Assembly (NCBI RefSeq): GCF_964355755.1
Contig: NC_092674.1
Span: 13,268,001 to 13,332,000, forward strand
DNA: 64,000 nt
Direction of reading: 5' to 3'
From: Antedon mediterranea
Lineage: Eukaryota; Animalia; Echinodermata
Within the stretch, counting starts at the first letter, position 1. Each line of letters begins with the position of its first letter. Shown in pieces: positions 13,790 to 27,979 of this stretch. A model generated the notes under the pieces. The model had not been told where the DNA came from. It searched no databases and worked only from the letters and a program-made list of their open reading frames with translations. The position numbers were made by a program, and so were the translations under genes.

Positions 13790-14910
13790 AACACAAACTG
13801 TGCTTACTTTACTTCGCCAATGGGATCGTTTAGAATAGAAGGACAATGTACTTTATCGTAAAACTGTTGTTGACAATTTTCCGCATTTTGAACTTGTACT
13901 TCTGGCTGATCAGAAATCAACTATTTTGTCAAAATTACATGATGAACTGGTTTTGAAAGGACACTGGCTGATGATATTTAACAACATTGTATAACTTGTA
14001 AACGGCTCAAACTAAAGCTAAAGCTCATAAAGTCGACGTAAGCATTCGACGTGTGTTTAACAGACAAAATTTCAAATTTCGGGAGCAGCATAAATACAGA
14101 TGTTTCTCTGCGGCCCGACACGATCTTGACTAAGGTCAACGACGTCAATTTCTTGTCAATTTTCGTAAGAGACGTAAGAAACGTATGAAACGCAATAATC
14201 GTTGCAAAATTCGACTTCTTACGTCGACCGGAAAACAGCCTTTAGTAGGCCTACCAATTTTTACATCCAAACCAATGGAGTTGGTATGTATTGATTTCCT
14301 TAAACTTGAACGTTCAGGAGGTGGTTTTGAAAATGTTCTAGTTGTTACAGACCATTTTACTAAATATGCTTAGGCATACCCTACCAAGGATCAAACAGCT
14401 ACTACTGTAGCAAAAGTTTTAACTAATATTTTTTTTTTACATTATGGGTTTCCCAAACGCCTTAATTTCGACCAAGGCCATAATAAAAAAAAACATGAAA
14501 CCACTGGTTATGGCCCTTTTTATCTTATGTTTGGACGAAACGCTAGATTACTTGTTGATGTACTATTTAGTATAGTAAATAATAATGGTTCAACAGATGA
14601 TATGAGGAACAATAATGACGATTATGTAATTAAGTTACTTAAACAACTGAATGTCAACTTATGTCACATCCCAAAATTCAGCTAGTGAAGCCAAGGTTAG
14701 GCAAAACATAATTATGATAAACGAGCTACCAATTCAGTACTTAAAATAGGTGACTTGTTCAAAAGAAAGCTATTGTTGGTAAACATAAACTCGCTGACCA
14801 ATGGGAAGAGAAGCCATGTTTTTGTTATAAACACCCCACTCTACCTGTGTATACAGTTGAGAATGATACTCATAGCGTATCCTTCACAGAATGTATGTTT
14901 CTGCCTATTG
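13790..14910 (+). pseudogene. Degenerate Gypsy integrase
   Basis: [68 protein letters not shown]; stops, deletions and an insertion at ~14010-14230. Confidence 0.9.
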
Positions 14911-15683
14911 AAGACCCTATCGATGTTAATGTAAATCAACACATTATTACGTAACGTAGTTGGAAAATAAAGAAGGGTCGTCAAATGTTTTAATCTTGGA
15001 AAAGTAAACTAGCCCATCGTATGATTCATAGCATTTTAATGTTGACGATAATTGTTGTTATTTGTGTATGATTATTTTTCATTTTTCTTTTACCACTTGA
15101 GGTTTCTGACAATATAGAACCTCCAACGTGTTTGTAGTAACTCTTTAATTTCAGTATTTAACTAGTATATTCATTATTTAAGTTAGATTTATTTTGCTTT
15201 GATTTCTTTTAATAATTTAAGATTGATTTGAGTATTTTACTTTATATTTGTTTGAAACATGATTGTTTTGATATTTATGTACGGGTAATACGTACGTGCC
15301 TTGAACACGCTCTATTGTCCGTGGTTTAGTGTGAAACTTGTTTCTGGAATGAGATATTCGTTCGTTTGTATGCCCATTTTTTTTTTCTTCCTTTTGATTT
15401 TGCCAATATGCCGCTGTTAGTGGGTTGTCCTGCGACATGAGTACGGCTCTACAAACATGAATTTTTCAAGTTTGTTTATCTTTTTTATTGGTGGTAAATT
15501 ACTATTCCGTTAATATTTATATGCTTGAACATACGGCAGTGGAAAGTTATGTTATTGTTCTTACTTTAGTTTGCTTGTAGATTTAATTTGATTTTTATCT
15601 TAATTTTGTAGTTTGTAAGTTATTTTGATATATTATACGGTTTAGCTTAGGATTTATGTTTTTTATTATAGCAGCGAGGGCGA

Positions 15684-16072
15684 TGTTATATCCTGTAATT
15701 CACGTGGTCGGCCGAACTTAACTAATGTAGACTTATAGACCTGGGCTGTAACCACTAAGGTTTCAACTCCTAATAACTAATTGCCTTATTTTATGGAATT
15801 GGTACCTACTAATTACTTGGGTGTGACATTAATGGATATACCAGCTCTTAGGAGGGGACAAGTAGGGTCGCTGAACTGAAATGTCACCTCACTGGACTAC
15901 TCCTTAAAGAGTCATGTATATTCTGTAATTATCACTTTTTGATTAACACACTTTGGAAATAACTTGAACTGATAGATACAACTTAATCACACTCTCTGTA
16001 CATATAGTGTAAATAAAGTGCCATTGAGAGAATTTAACAACTTTCTGTGTCATTGATATACAGAGTGCTACA
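15684..16072 (+). mobile_element. Putative 3' LTR of the Gypsy remnant
   Basis: Purine-rich GCAGCGAGGGCGA followed by TGT; AATAAA at ~16011; ends ACA; no second LTR available to confirm. Confidence 0.4.
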
Positions 16073-18228
16073 TAAGTTAGATGTTAACATTAATTCCTAT
16101 TTTATTATGAACGCAAACATTATAACGAACAATGAATACTAATTATAGTTTTCCAATAAATTCTACTTTGAACTCATCAAGCCCGAACCAGAATTTGTTT
16201 TCATTTTTTCGCAACTGAAGAAAATACATATTTAAGCCTATAGCCTAGATTTCAAAAGTTAAGCCTTATTTATACCTTTCACTGCTGGTCTAAAAAGATG
16301 AACTATACGAACCCCATAGGCTAGAGGCTTACTGTCACCGTGACAATTATGGTTATTCGCGTTAATGAACACAGTGTACCAAACATGTTGACCTGAAAAC
16401 ATGTTTTGTTTTTGTTCTGAATTGTGTATTTTTTGTGTGTCATATTTAATGCGAATAACCAATAAAGTAATTTTGTTATGTTTTCTTCGTAAAAAATAGT
16501 GCTTGTATGTTAAATTTTTCTTCATAGTATAATATTCAATTTGTTGGTGAATTGTACTTTTAAGAGTCCAGCTAAGCATAATTGTGGCACTTATTGACCA
16601 ATTCCGAGCCTTTTATCGTCTGACTTGATTGGTGTCCTTTTTCGTGACATGATCTCCAGTTAGTACGGTAGATCTCATTGACCAACTACTGGCTTTCGGC
16701 CAATTGTTCTCTTCACCACAAAATCACATCCCTCTCCGCTTCAAAATCCTTTCTACATTCTTGTTGTATTTTGACACCGTGATACCTTTAAAACATTTAA
16801 GATGTCGGTGTCTCAACAACCTACGCCAACATCGGCAAATAGGGCATCACCTGTTTTGACTCTACTTCCATCCTCTGTTCTATTCTTATATAAGCGTTTA
16901 CTAAGTTTATCCAGTAAGTTTAACTTAGCTTTGTAGGCATTACTTCTATTACTATAAACGCAATTCAAATGAATATGATTTTTTTTTTTTTTTTTTAGTT
17001 GGCTGAAATATTAACTTAAATTGACGTAAACGCTCATATACTGTCAGTATTTCTTTTATTTAAACCATTTCCCATTTGTACAGAGAACTTGAAAGGAAAC
17101 ATTTTGACTTTTTTTCATTTTATCGCCAAACCCGAGTGTTGTCACACGAAAATTACACAGTCAATATCATCGTACTCTAGAATTTACTGGATTTTATATG
17201 TTTAATGATAGGGACTCGATAATGACGCAAAAATTACTCAGTCAATATCATCGTACTCGAGTAAATATATACGATTTACGATCCTCGCAAAAGTATAGTC
17301 ATGTGATGCAGTTTCAACCAATCACGTTCACGTATTTACATATATATAATATAATAAAAAATGATGTGTTCAATTTCAATTAGTTCCCCTCAATTTATAG
17401 TTCTTTAAATTTTTCTATTATTATTATTTTGTCCATCTTGTCTGAAAATTGATTACACCACATTCAATTGGGTTGATGTAGCCTACTTACTTGTCCATAA
17501 CATTGAACAGTTGCGTTCTATCACTTACACTATTAAGATTACACACCTGTTCATGTGCGCCATAATATTGCTCATAATAATATTCTATACCACAAATGAT
17601 TGTGCAAGCACGCGTATGTATTGATTCAACATTACTTTATTACCAATTTGGGGCTGGTGCAGTATATTCATGTGAAGTATATCAATATGGTCAACATTCG
17701 GGACACCAAAGAGTTCGGTAGTTTACCGTGCTTGCCGTGTTAGTCAGCCGATTGCAAATTCCTGCCAAACGCAACGAACACAATCAAATGAAAACGAGAT
17801 AAAATATACCAAAACACACTGTACATATCTATAATAAAAAGTATGGATGGAGTCATTTAAGTGATACATATTGCACTTAGATGTTAAACAGATCACCAAT
17901 TGAGTAACGATTCCTCACACAGTACCGTTTTACGGTCTTTATGAAATCAAGGCATTATCGATTCTACACCTTTGGTTATACTACAAATGTTAATGTATAG
18001 TAACCAGACCGTTCAATGGAGTCAGCTAATAGTGTAAAAATCAACGATCGGTGTGTTTCTAACAACAAAGGCTAAGTTTTTCATGGGATTTACAACGACG
18101 TCTTAAGTGCTAGGCATATTTTAGGTATGTTATTACCGGTTCGCCCTTTAAATTTGAAAATTAAATCATTTGTTTTAATCACACTGAATTATATAGCACC
18201 CCTTATTAACAATGTTTGTAAAACTTAC

Positions 18229-18327
18229 ATTGGTTGTAAGATCCAAATTAGCACCTGCCTTGAGCAAAATAGTGCAAATATCTGTGTGGCCATTAATTGC
18301 AGCAGAATGCAAAGGTGTCCATCCGTC
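18229..18327 (-). CDS. Ankyrin-repeat exon (DGWTPLHSAAINGHTDICTILLKAGANLDLTTN)
   Basis: 99 nt, CAG acceptor, GTAAGT donor, canonical GxTPLH motif. Confidence 0.93.
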
Positions 18328-18569
18328 CTGAAATATTACAAACATTATGTTATAGTATTTTTCACTTCACATCAAACTATCTAATATTGCAATAAAATCA
18401 ATTAGATGTGATCATGTGTATATACAAATTCAATTAAATAATTGAATTTATATAATAATTTAAAGTATGTGTAATCAGTGCTACTAAGCACCTTTGATGA
18501 TTACATTGTTTACTTAATTATGGCAACACAAACACAATATAAGTATATGAAAGTTACTTGGTGAAACTT

Positions 18570-18895
18570 AAAATTCAGCACCCGTCTATTTACAGGAACT
18601 AATTCAGAAGTATAACCCTGGTCGCCAGGGACTCGGATCTACACAAGATATTACTCGTTTTGCTGTTCCTAAAACTAATAGACTATTTAGTGATAAATCA
18701 TTTTCTGTCATTGGACCTAAGTTATGGAACACTTTACCTATTAATGTGCGTATTGCTCCAAGTTTACAATGTTTTACAACATTGTTAAAGAGTTTTCTTT
18801 TCCCTAAGAAATAATTTAGATATGTACTGCTCTAATTAATGTACAACTTTTGAGAAAAGAGCTTTATAAATCTCTATAGCATAGTATAGTATAAA
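18570..18895 (+). pseudogene. 3' end of an L2/CR1-group LINE
   Basis: FAVPKTNRLFSDKSFSVIGPKLWNTLPINVRIAPSLQCFTTLLKSFLF followed by an (ATAGT)n-like tail. Confidence 0.7.
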
Positions 18896-19455
18896 ATAAA
18901 TTGCCATAAATAGATTGTTAAATGATACTGGTATGTACTTCTTGTATCTAATTTGTAAACAAAAAATATTATTTTAATTATAAATTTGTAATATTAAACC
19001 ATTGGACAGTGTGTGTGTGAAATATGTAAGGTACTTCCTCTATCTAATTTATAAAAAAAATAAATGTTTAATTAGACTTGTCTTTATTCATTAGGCATAA
19101 TGTGTATGTACCAGTTGTTCCAGAAACGAATGAAACACGATTATTAATAAAAGTATGAAAGCACACATAAAACGAACAATGCTTAATAGTTTTCCTAAAT
19201 ATTTAACTCAATCATCACCGTGATGAATTCGGGAAATTTGCGTCATAACATGAAATACACATAATACTCTATGATCTGAAAAAAAATGTTTATAGTGTGC
19301 TGAGTGGTGTCTATCAATTGTGTACATATAGTAACAATGTGGTCCAAGCATGAGCTCTTTTCTTTTCCTTCTAATTAATTTCATTTATTATAAGAAATTC
19401 CTTAAATTCGTGTGATAATCCCGCGATAATAATAAGTAACATCAGCAAAACTAAA

Positions 19456-20649
19456 TCTATATATAAATTTACGTAAGGGCAAAATTCGGTAAATCGCGCG
19501 TTATTTCTAGAATGTTTACTCGATGGTATATAAAGTTGGTTAGAATCTCAATACTGATTTTAACCACCTGATGTAACTCTGTTTACTAATTAAATTGAGT
19601 TAGACAATTAGTTATTGACGATTAAAACGAATTTAGGTTGAACGATTTGCCCCAAATAGAGGTGTTTTCCGACCGTAGTATACACTGTCTAATAGATGTC
19701 CTCTCAAAAAATACCTGCACACAATAATACGAGGATGCTTCGCATTTTCCTATCTCCTCCTACGATAATTGTTTTTAATAGCTGAAAACCGGTTGAACAG
19801 TTCGCGTACAGTATCATAATGTTGAAGACAGGCCGATTTTCTAAAAAAAATACTATTTTAATAGATTTAATATACGTTTATACAAATGCATTGATTTGCG
19901 ATGAATGGAACATTCCAATCTCTCAGACTCCCAGTTTGTAGGTAAATTTATGCGCCCTCCATGGTTTAACACAAGTAGGTAAATTTATGGGCCCTTTGAG
20001 AATAAACTTAAAACTGAGATTAATTATCGCAATACTTTGACAATATTTTAAATACTGTACGTAACAACCATTTTGGTCGCCATTTGAAATGAAATTTTCT
20101 TGCTGTGAATGTGGTTACTGTTTATTGTATTAATTAGTAATTATAAAAAAGATAAACGTCGTAGTGGTGTACTTTACTATTTCAATCGACTATGACAGTG
20201 ACAGTTTTAACAAAGTATTAAATCGGAAATGTTTTACGCTATTTAGTGGTATATTATTTATAGGCCTATAAAACATGAAAAAATGTTACTGAATGGATAA
20301 AGAATATATTAAAAAATTGCTCCTCTTTGTACCTATCCTCATCCCCAACCCTAATGTTAGATACAAAACACAAATTGGGTTTGTTTAAATGAGTCAAAAT
20401 AAAAAATTTGGGCTCATTTTGTGACAAGTTTCTTTTCCAGAAGTAATTCCCAGGGTGCTAATTTTGGTTGACTACATAAATCATTGTGTCTATTTATTCG
20501 TTTCTGTAAACGACGATATTGTAGTACTGCGGTACATACATTTGAAATCGCCAATTTTTTTACGCTGAAATTACTATATAGGGCCTATTCGAGAACCATC
20601 TGTGGGCACGACCTAGATGGTACGCGAGCGAAGCGAGCGTACCATCTAG
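19456..20649 (+). mobile_element. Non-autonomous Helitron, copy 2
   Basis: A|TCTATATATA start and the same terminal hairpin with CTAG|T end as copy 1. Confidence 0.85.
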
Positions 20650-22979
20650 TACGTACAATTTTCATAATGGAGAAATTATATCCAGGATATTAGTGTATTG
20701 GTAGTAGCACAAACATCATTTATTCTGGTGATTAACGTAACTAATCACAGTTTAACGTTGGGAAACATGTAGTGTTAATTTAATTATAGGCATAATATAA
20801 AAAGACAATTTGTATTAATCATTACCATTATTAATAACGATTACGGTATAAGTTTACCTTATCAATAAATGATTAGGAGAAGAAAAATAATAAACATGTC
20901 AGCCGATTGCAAAATTGAACCAAATCAAATGAAAACGGAATAAAAACAATGATCAATATTGCACTTGTTTAGTGAATTTTAGATGTTAAAACGGCCACAA
21001 TACGAGGTAGGCCTACTTTGTAGTGGCATTGAAGTAGAGTATGGCTTACGTGGTTTAACGTCTGAACTGTACTAACTTTAAATCAACTGGAGCTCATCAG
21101 TCATACATTTCGGATTTGACAAAGAATGTTTGGAAAATCAAAACTGATTACATTCCGATTTTCAGGATGTTTAAATATTGTCAAAAACGGTAGGAAGACC
21201 TAAACTTACTGTGATTTGTTTGTATTTAAATTATAATAGTATGAGGTTAATTTGGCCTAAAACAGTTTAGTGAATTGTGTTACTCACGCTCACGATCTCT
21301 TTTCGCGAATTCTAATCTCACATAAATAGGCAATGAAATCATTCATAAAAACATTCAAATGTCTTAAACTGAATTCTACAATGTAATGAATTAGTGACAC
21401 CTCAAATAATTATAAGCCTATCGGCCCGGTTGTGTATTATTTGCAGTTTTTTTACCAACAAATAGCGTGTTACATTAGTCCAGTCTATAAAGGGACTAGT
21501 GACATTATCGCACGTCGCATTACCTATAAACGGTCTAATTCTGCCTCTCGCTCACCCTCTAGTAAGTGTGGACGATGGATCTCGGAATGTTAAATAATAA
21601 CTCGAGTAAAACATTGGTTACCCTATTTATTGCAATGCTTGCTATTCGTTAAAATAAACATAATCTGTTTATCAGTGTCTTTTTTAGACTAAATAAGATG
21701 AGGAATATAACAATTTAAAGTACCATGTTTATTATTCGGGGCGTGGTGGGTGTTAGGGTGGCGGCGTTCATTCAAGGGAGGCGTTTGTTGGTAACATTTC
21801 ATAATTAATACATACCTCTAGATATGGACAAACCTGCCTTTAGATATAAAGAATATTAAGACTAAAAATAATTTTGTTAAAAATATAGCAGAACTTGTAT
21901 TATCAAGATACTGATTTATGGTGGCCCATCTTGTTTTTGTGTTGTTTTGTTTATGTCCTTTATTACTGTATGTTAATTTTCATTGATATGTATGCTTTTG
22001 CTATTTTAGTGTTAGTCTTTGAAGTAAATGTATTTGTTAGTATTGGGTAAGCCTTCAACTATCGAAAGCTATTTGGTTTGCTCCAATTTGCTTTTGCTAT
22101 TCGTGAATAAAGAGTAAAAACACAAAACCGTATTAAAAAATTATCAAGAAGTGATAAATAAACAAACAATTCTATCAAAATGCTTGGTAAATTGTAAATA
22201 TAGCAGTCAATGAATTCTTCTACAAATATAATTGTGTTTGTGTTAAAATACAATATTGCGTTGATAGTATTATGTGGCGGGGCGTTTATTAGAAGGTGGA
22301 GGTTGAATATTCCAAATATTTTTCATGTGGGAGAGGCGTTTATTCAAATAAATGCATTAGACCTAATTGGTATAATCAATACATTATTTAGTTTAAATCA
22401 AACACCAAATAATGACAATCATCAGTAGGCCATTTCGGCATAAGCAAGACGTTTTCAAACTGATTGCAACAACATGGGCCAAAGCATTCCGGGTCTCACG
22501 GCGATACACATGCAGGTAGGGGCACAATTGATTTGATGTGTTTTTTTGCAGTATATATTTTATTTTGCTTAAGTTCAATCTACACTATCAAACTTTATGT
22601 GAAAAAAAAGTGATGTACCTTTTTATGGACATGATGATGTCATATCACTACCATATTTGGGCACATTACATTTTTTTTTAAATTGATGTTATCTATATTT
22701 GTTATTCAACGTATAAAATGGAACTTCGAGTAATCGCTGACGGGATAGCGACATAACATGACACTTTGCTGGATTCAATGACAGTAGGTTGGATGTAGAC
22801 CACTTTGCAATACTACTACTACGACGTACTCTTGTAATGATAAAATATCACAATCTTAGCGAACACATCTTGAAAAGAACGTGTCATCCGCGTATTGTCA
22901 GGGTTAATTTAGTAAATGTAGTTGCAAAACATAAATATTTAATATTAATGACCCTTGTGGTATTAGTGAGTTGGTTTAT

Positions 22980-24815
22980 TTTAGGTATGCTATGTACGCC
23001 GGTACGCTCTTTAAATTTTAAAATTAAATATTTATTTAATCACACTGAATTATATTATAGTAACACTTATTATTAATGTTTGTAACACTTACATTTCTTG
23101 GAAGATCGAATTTAGCACCAGCCTTGAGCAAAATAGTGCAAACATCTGTGTGGCCGTTTTGTGCAGCCAAATATAAAGGTGACGCTCCATCCTGAAACAT
23201 TACAAACATGATGTTATAGTAGTTTTCACTCTAAACAAAGTATTAATATTGTACTGAAATAAATACGATGTTATCAATTAAAAATAACGTTATGGATTCA
23301 AATAATGCTACTTTGTTAAATTAAATAAAGATTATTAACCTCTGGTGTTTACTTTAAGATAATGTATTGTATACGTATACATTGGTCTTGTTTGTATAAT
23401 ATTGTTCATATAAGTACTGTACAATTGTAAACCAAATAAGTGTTTCTTTGCCTTTATCAGGTAGTGCTGACAAGTGTAAATTATGATAAGGTGGCGTTTG
23501 AACTGGCAGTTATGACAAAAAATATAATACTAGGATCCAAATTCTGTTCAACTAAATACTTACTATTGACTTTGTTTTAGTTACTGGGCTGCAATAGTTT
23601 TTTTTTTAGTTTTTTTTTTTTTAAAGATGTTTTACTAAATCAAATTGATATATCAATTCATATCCATTTAATGTATCATTTTCATAAATAAATAATGTAG
23701 CTCTGTATAGTACAATACAATACAGAAACAGAAAAGTCACCATTCAAAAAAAATCAGTCTCTAACATTCAGTGTTCTAAATGCAGATGTTAAAACTATTA
23801 CGGAATCTATTTGCACAAGGGGTGATGGACCGCTTCCTTGAACTTCAAAAATAGTACATGCGATAGGTTGGGTCTTGTTGAATCGAATGTGTTTTCTTAG
23901 TAAAGTATCTAATGATTCAAATTGAGATCTGCTTGAGATCTGCTCTGCTCGTGCCATGTTTATACCCTTACCCTTTATTGGTCGTGCCTTTTTTAAGATC
24001 ACTAGTGATTTATTTACAATCTTCAGAGTGGGTACCGTATTAATTTCATATTGTAGGTGAGTTTACGTTATAAAATGTCTTCATTGTTTTCAATTGTTTT
24101 CACCTGCTTTGATAGAGACAATACTGTTAATAATTGTTTATTAGTAAACACATAGTGTACACAAAACCAACCTAGTGTATTTTGTGCACATAATAGTGTG
24201 TAACATTTGTAATTTAGAGCGTTTATTTGACACGACAAAGCATGTGAACTCCTGAAAACGTACAGAATCATAATAATGTAGTACATATTGAATTTTGACG
24301 TAATGATTGTTGTTGTTTTTTTAGACCACACTAAGTGGTTGGTGTAACTTCACAATAATGATAATATAATGAAACATCATATGTTAGTCACCTTAATATG
24401 GTCATTTGCCATATACAGTTGAACATTCGTGAGTGGTCACCTCCCGTAGTTTCAAAAGCCCGTTTGTTCTTCATCAAATTAGTGGACCTCCTGTAAGCAG
24501 CCATCTCATGTGAGCGGCCGCGGAACTTTTTTTTTTCTCTTTTGTGAGGTTCACTCAACTTTATTTCATTTCAAAACATAAATAAAAAATTGTATTATGT
24601 TTGTATATTATTTTTTTTAATATATACTATTTTCATTCATAGACATAAAGTTTTCTCTTACATCTAAAAAAAACTCTGCAAGATATCATTTAATTTATAC
24701 ATTTACATTACATTTAAACTGAAAACAATATCAATAAATATGGAAAATCAAAATCAACTCAATAACCGGTTGCTTGTAGAGTATAGCATTTTCTATGCTC
24801 TTTTTTTTTTACTCT
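22980..24815. repeat. Recent exon+intron duplication, near-identical to ~39095-40977
   Basis: Colinear, a few percent divergent by eye; includes ankyrin exons 23093-23191 and 39194-39292. Confidence 0.92.
23093..23191 (-). CDS. Ankyrin-repeat exon (DGASPLYLAAQNGHTDVCTILLKAGAKFDLPRN)
   Basis: 99 nt, CAG acceptor, GTAAGT donor. Confidence 0.93.
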
Positions 24816-25775
24816 GTGAGTAAGGAATGTAATACATTTGTTCTGAACATTAGAAATACGCCGATATTGTGTACAAGAAATTGAATTAAAAATGACTGAA
24901 CAGTATTCCGGGCGGGGGCGCACGACTGATATTAATGCTCCATCGAAAAACAACAATTTAACTTACTATCAATCAAAACTCCCAAATCCCGTTGAAAATT
25001 AACACAATCTAATTCCTGATCATTTAACTTATATTTGGTTAAAATAGGCTTTCGCTGATTATACTATGCCCAAGAAAAATCCGTCGTGTTATTAAACATT
25101 CTTACTACATCAAGACGTAACTGAGATTTCAAAACAACAGTCCTAAGTAGCATTTCTGTTACCAATCTCAACTTTTTGTTGCCTCCAAATAATAACCCTA
25201 GGTATATTACCCGGATCGTTATATGTTGGGTTTTGTACATTATGTTGGGGACACCTCATGAAACGTCACCAAAAACATGCATAATTCAGTAGTCATGCGT
25301 CTTGCCCGGGTCGCGAAATTTTCTTTACTCGTCAGATAAGGCAGGAATCATGAATAATTCATTAGAATAATTATGACATAATATGCCACATTAGAGAGGG
25401 CGCTATATAAGCATGCAGAGATATTAAAGTGCTAGTCCCACAGACTTTAAATTCAGATATTAATGATATTATGAGTAGATTTAATGTCTATAAATCTTGA
25501 CCGAAATTTGCATTGACCTACTTTTAACGGTATGGCCGTAATCACCTCTTAATTAGGAACGTTAATATGCCCTCGTACTTTATAAGCGTGACGTCACAGG
25601 CAGAAGACATTCTACTTCCGCCTTTTAAAACAACATACGTGCATGCATGAGACGCTGTTTTACTACTAATAATATTATTGTATACAGTACTGCTTTCTAC
25701 TGGTACTAATTGTTATTGTTCAACTATTATTATTGTCAGCTACTTTTTATTTATCTATTTAAATAATAAATCAAT

Positions 25776-27794
25776 ATGCCTTCTCGCTGTGTTGCTGCGA
25801 ATTGTGGTCATGAAAATAACTTATTGTTTCGGTGGCCAAAGGACAGTTTCATCACCAGGCAATGGACAAGATTTGTACGTACAAAACGCGATATAAACCC
25901 ACAGCTCGATGATCAGTCCTTTGTTTTAAGCATTTTTCAGACGATTCATTTACAAACATGGGTCAATTCAAAGTTGGTCTAGCTACAAAGTAAGTATTTG
26001 TTAATTAGATGAATTTCCTTTTAATATTTTACCTTTAAAAAAAGCTGAATAAAATACGTTCGCCGTCGCTATTTTTAGGCCTGCTGGGCCAAGCCTAGCT
26101 TCTATCTAGGCGCGCGGGCAGCGATTTTTTTTTTCGTACATAAGTTGGGGACCCCCTCATGAAACGTCACAAAATAAACATGAATAATTCATCAGTTAAA
26201 TGTGTTGTTCCGTGTGCACCCAAGCGTATAGCAACAAGAAGCGATTACACAACTGCGATACGATACTTTCTACAGTAGGCCTAGGATTCTAAGTCAATTC
26301 ACGCGATTGCCTTCGCGCACTCTTCTTCAAAATGTGTCGAGTCGAGGCTAATCGACAGGTAGGCAAGACATTAAACTAAGTAGTAATTCATTGGACATAG
26401 CCCAAAGAAAGCTTAGACCCACAAGAATAAAGAATGTGTATAATTTGTGTAGGCCTACTGTATTTTTTTTAAGTCTGCTATTTATTATCAAACAATGCAC
26501 GTACTCAAAGGAACTTTAAAAATGCGCGTATATGAACACATGAGATGGGAAGATTAGACCCACGAGAATAAAAAATGTATTTTTGTGTAATGTTTATTGT
26601 TTAATTTTGCTGACTTATTACTCGGATTGTGTCATACCTATAACACACACACACACACAGCTCTACTACTAGAATAGACATATGTTTAGAGACTAATAAT
26701 TAGGCCTAGGCCTAATAGTATTAATAGAAACTATAATTTTAACACGTAATTCTTTATTAATACATTATATTATTAAAAACACTATCATAAACTAAAGGCT
26801 GATTATTTCGACAATCCACACAAAACGCCGCTATTCTTCTATGAAATCGCACGCCGCAACAACAGCGCGGAGATAGGCCTAGAATCGTACCGCACTTGTG
26901 TGTAATCACTTCTTGTTGCTATACGCTTGGGTGCACACGGAACAAGAACATTTAACTGATGAATTATTCATGTTTATTTTGTGACGTTTCATGAGGGGGT
27001 CCCCAACTTATGTACGAAAAAAAAAATCGCGCGCGGGCACAATATGGCGTAACATTAAAACTACATACATACAGTACAGTTGCTTCGCCTGATATGTGTA
27101 TAGTATTTACTTTATGTTGGTTTATCTTTAAATAAACATAAAATAATAAGTAATAGTAACTAGTTTTGCATGCACACACAAATATCTCAACTAGGCCTAG
27201 TTGTTATGTATTTGGCTTATTTATTATTAATAATAATGGGATAGGGCTAGGCTAGCCAGGCCTAATTAGTACTACTGAATGCTGTACAATCATGATGGAG
27301 GGTAGTCAATGCCTACACTGTTATGCTCAGTAGGAGAATGTCCTGTCGGTGTAAGTGGGAATAACAACTATATTATAATTATATTGCTTACGTTATTTTG
27401 CCCTATAATATTAACTGGACAACGGTTTCCTCACTACTTTTAGGCTTTTACTGAATGCCAAAACAGCGGTACCAACAATACATGTTGTGAGGGAGACATC
27501 CGACGATGGTGGTCAGCACAGAGGTTAGTGTAATAGATTCAATAAATAAAAGAAAAAATGTTTAGGTTTGTCTGATATTTATTTATTAATAGTATTAATA
27601 TTCAATCCAACAGGTCAGCATTTGTTAAAAGAGAAAAGGCGAGAGTGATCAAGGAGTTTATTACTGGAACAGAGGATGAGGAAGAGGATGAACAGGAGCT
27701 GGCCAGTGTATGCGATAAGCCTCTTATGGTGTCCAGAGGCACACAGACACAAAAGCAAAGAAATAATAAAATTGTTGAAATATTCACAATGTAA
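25776..27794 (+). pseudogene. THAP-domain gene, 3 exons (25776-25989, 27444-27523, 27614-27794), frameshifted
   Basis: MPSRCVAANC...FRWPKD...RQW, then after a frameshift CFKHFSDDSF...spliced to LLLNAKTAVPTI: C2CH and AVPTI motifs; GT-AG introns. Confidence 0.85.
26121..27030. mobile_element. MULE-type MITE in THAP intron 1
   Basis: ~145-bp TIRs starting GCGATTTTT; perfect 9-bp TSD GCGCGGGCA. Confidence 0.88.
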
Positions 27795-27979
27795 TGTATT
27801 TTCAGACTATTTCATTTTTTCCCCAATAACAATGTATTGGAGATGTATATGATGAGAGAAGCAATAAAATCAAAATGAGTTGCAAATTGTATAAATTATA
27901 CTGTACTTTATTTAATTTCAAAAAATTATTAAACCAATACAAAATAGTATAAGACAATTAAAATGCTGCTATGGCTGTT

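Noticed and set aside
23754-24002. ORF repeated at 39861-40088 as a conserved gene
   Set aside because: Similarity is explained by the recent intron duplication; an indel changes the N-terminus and no domain is recognisable.
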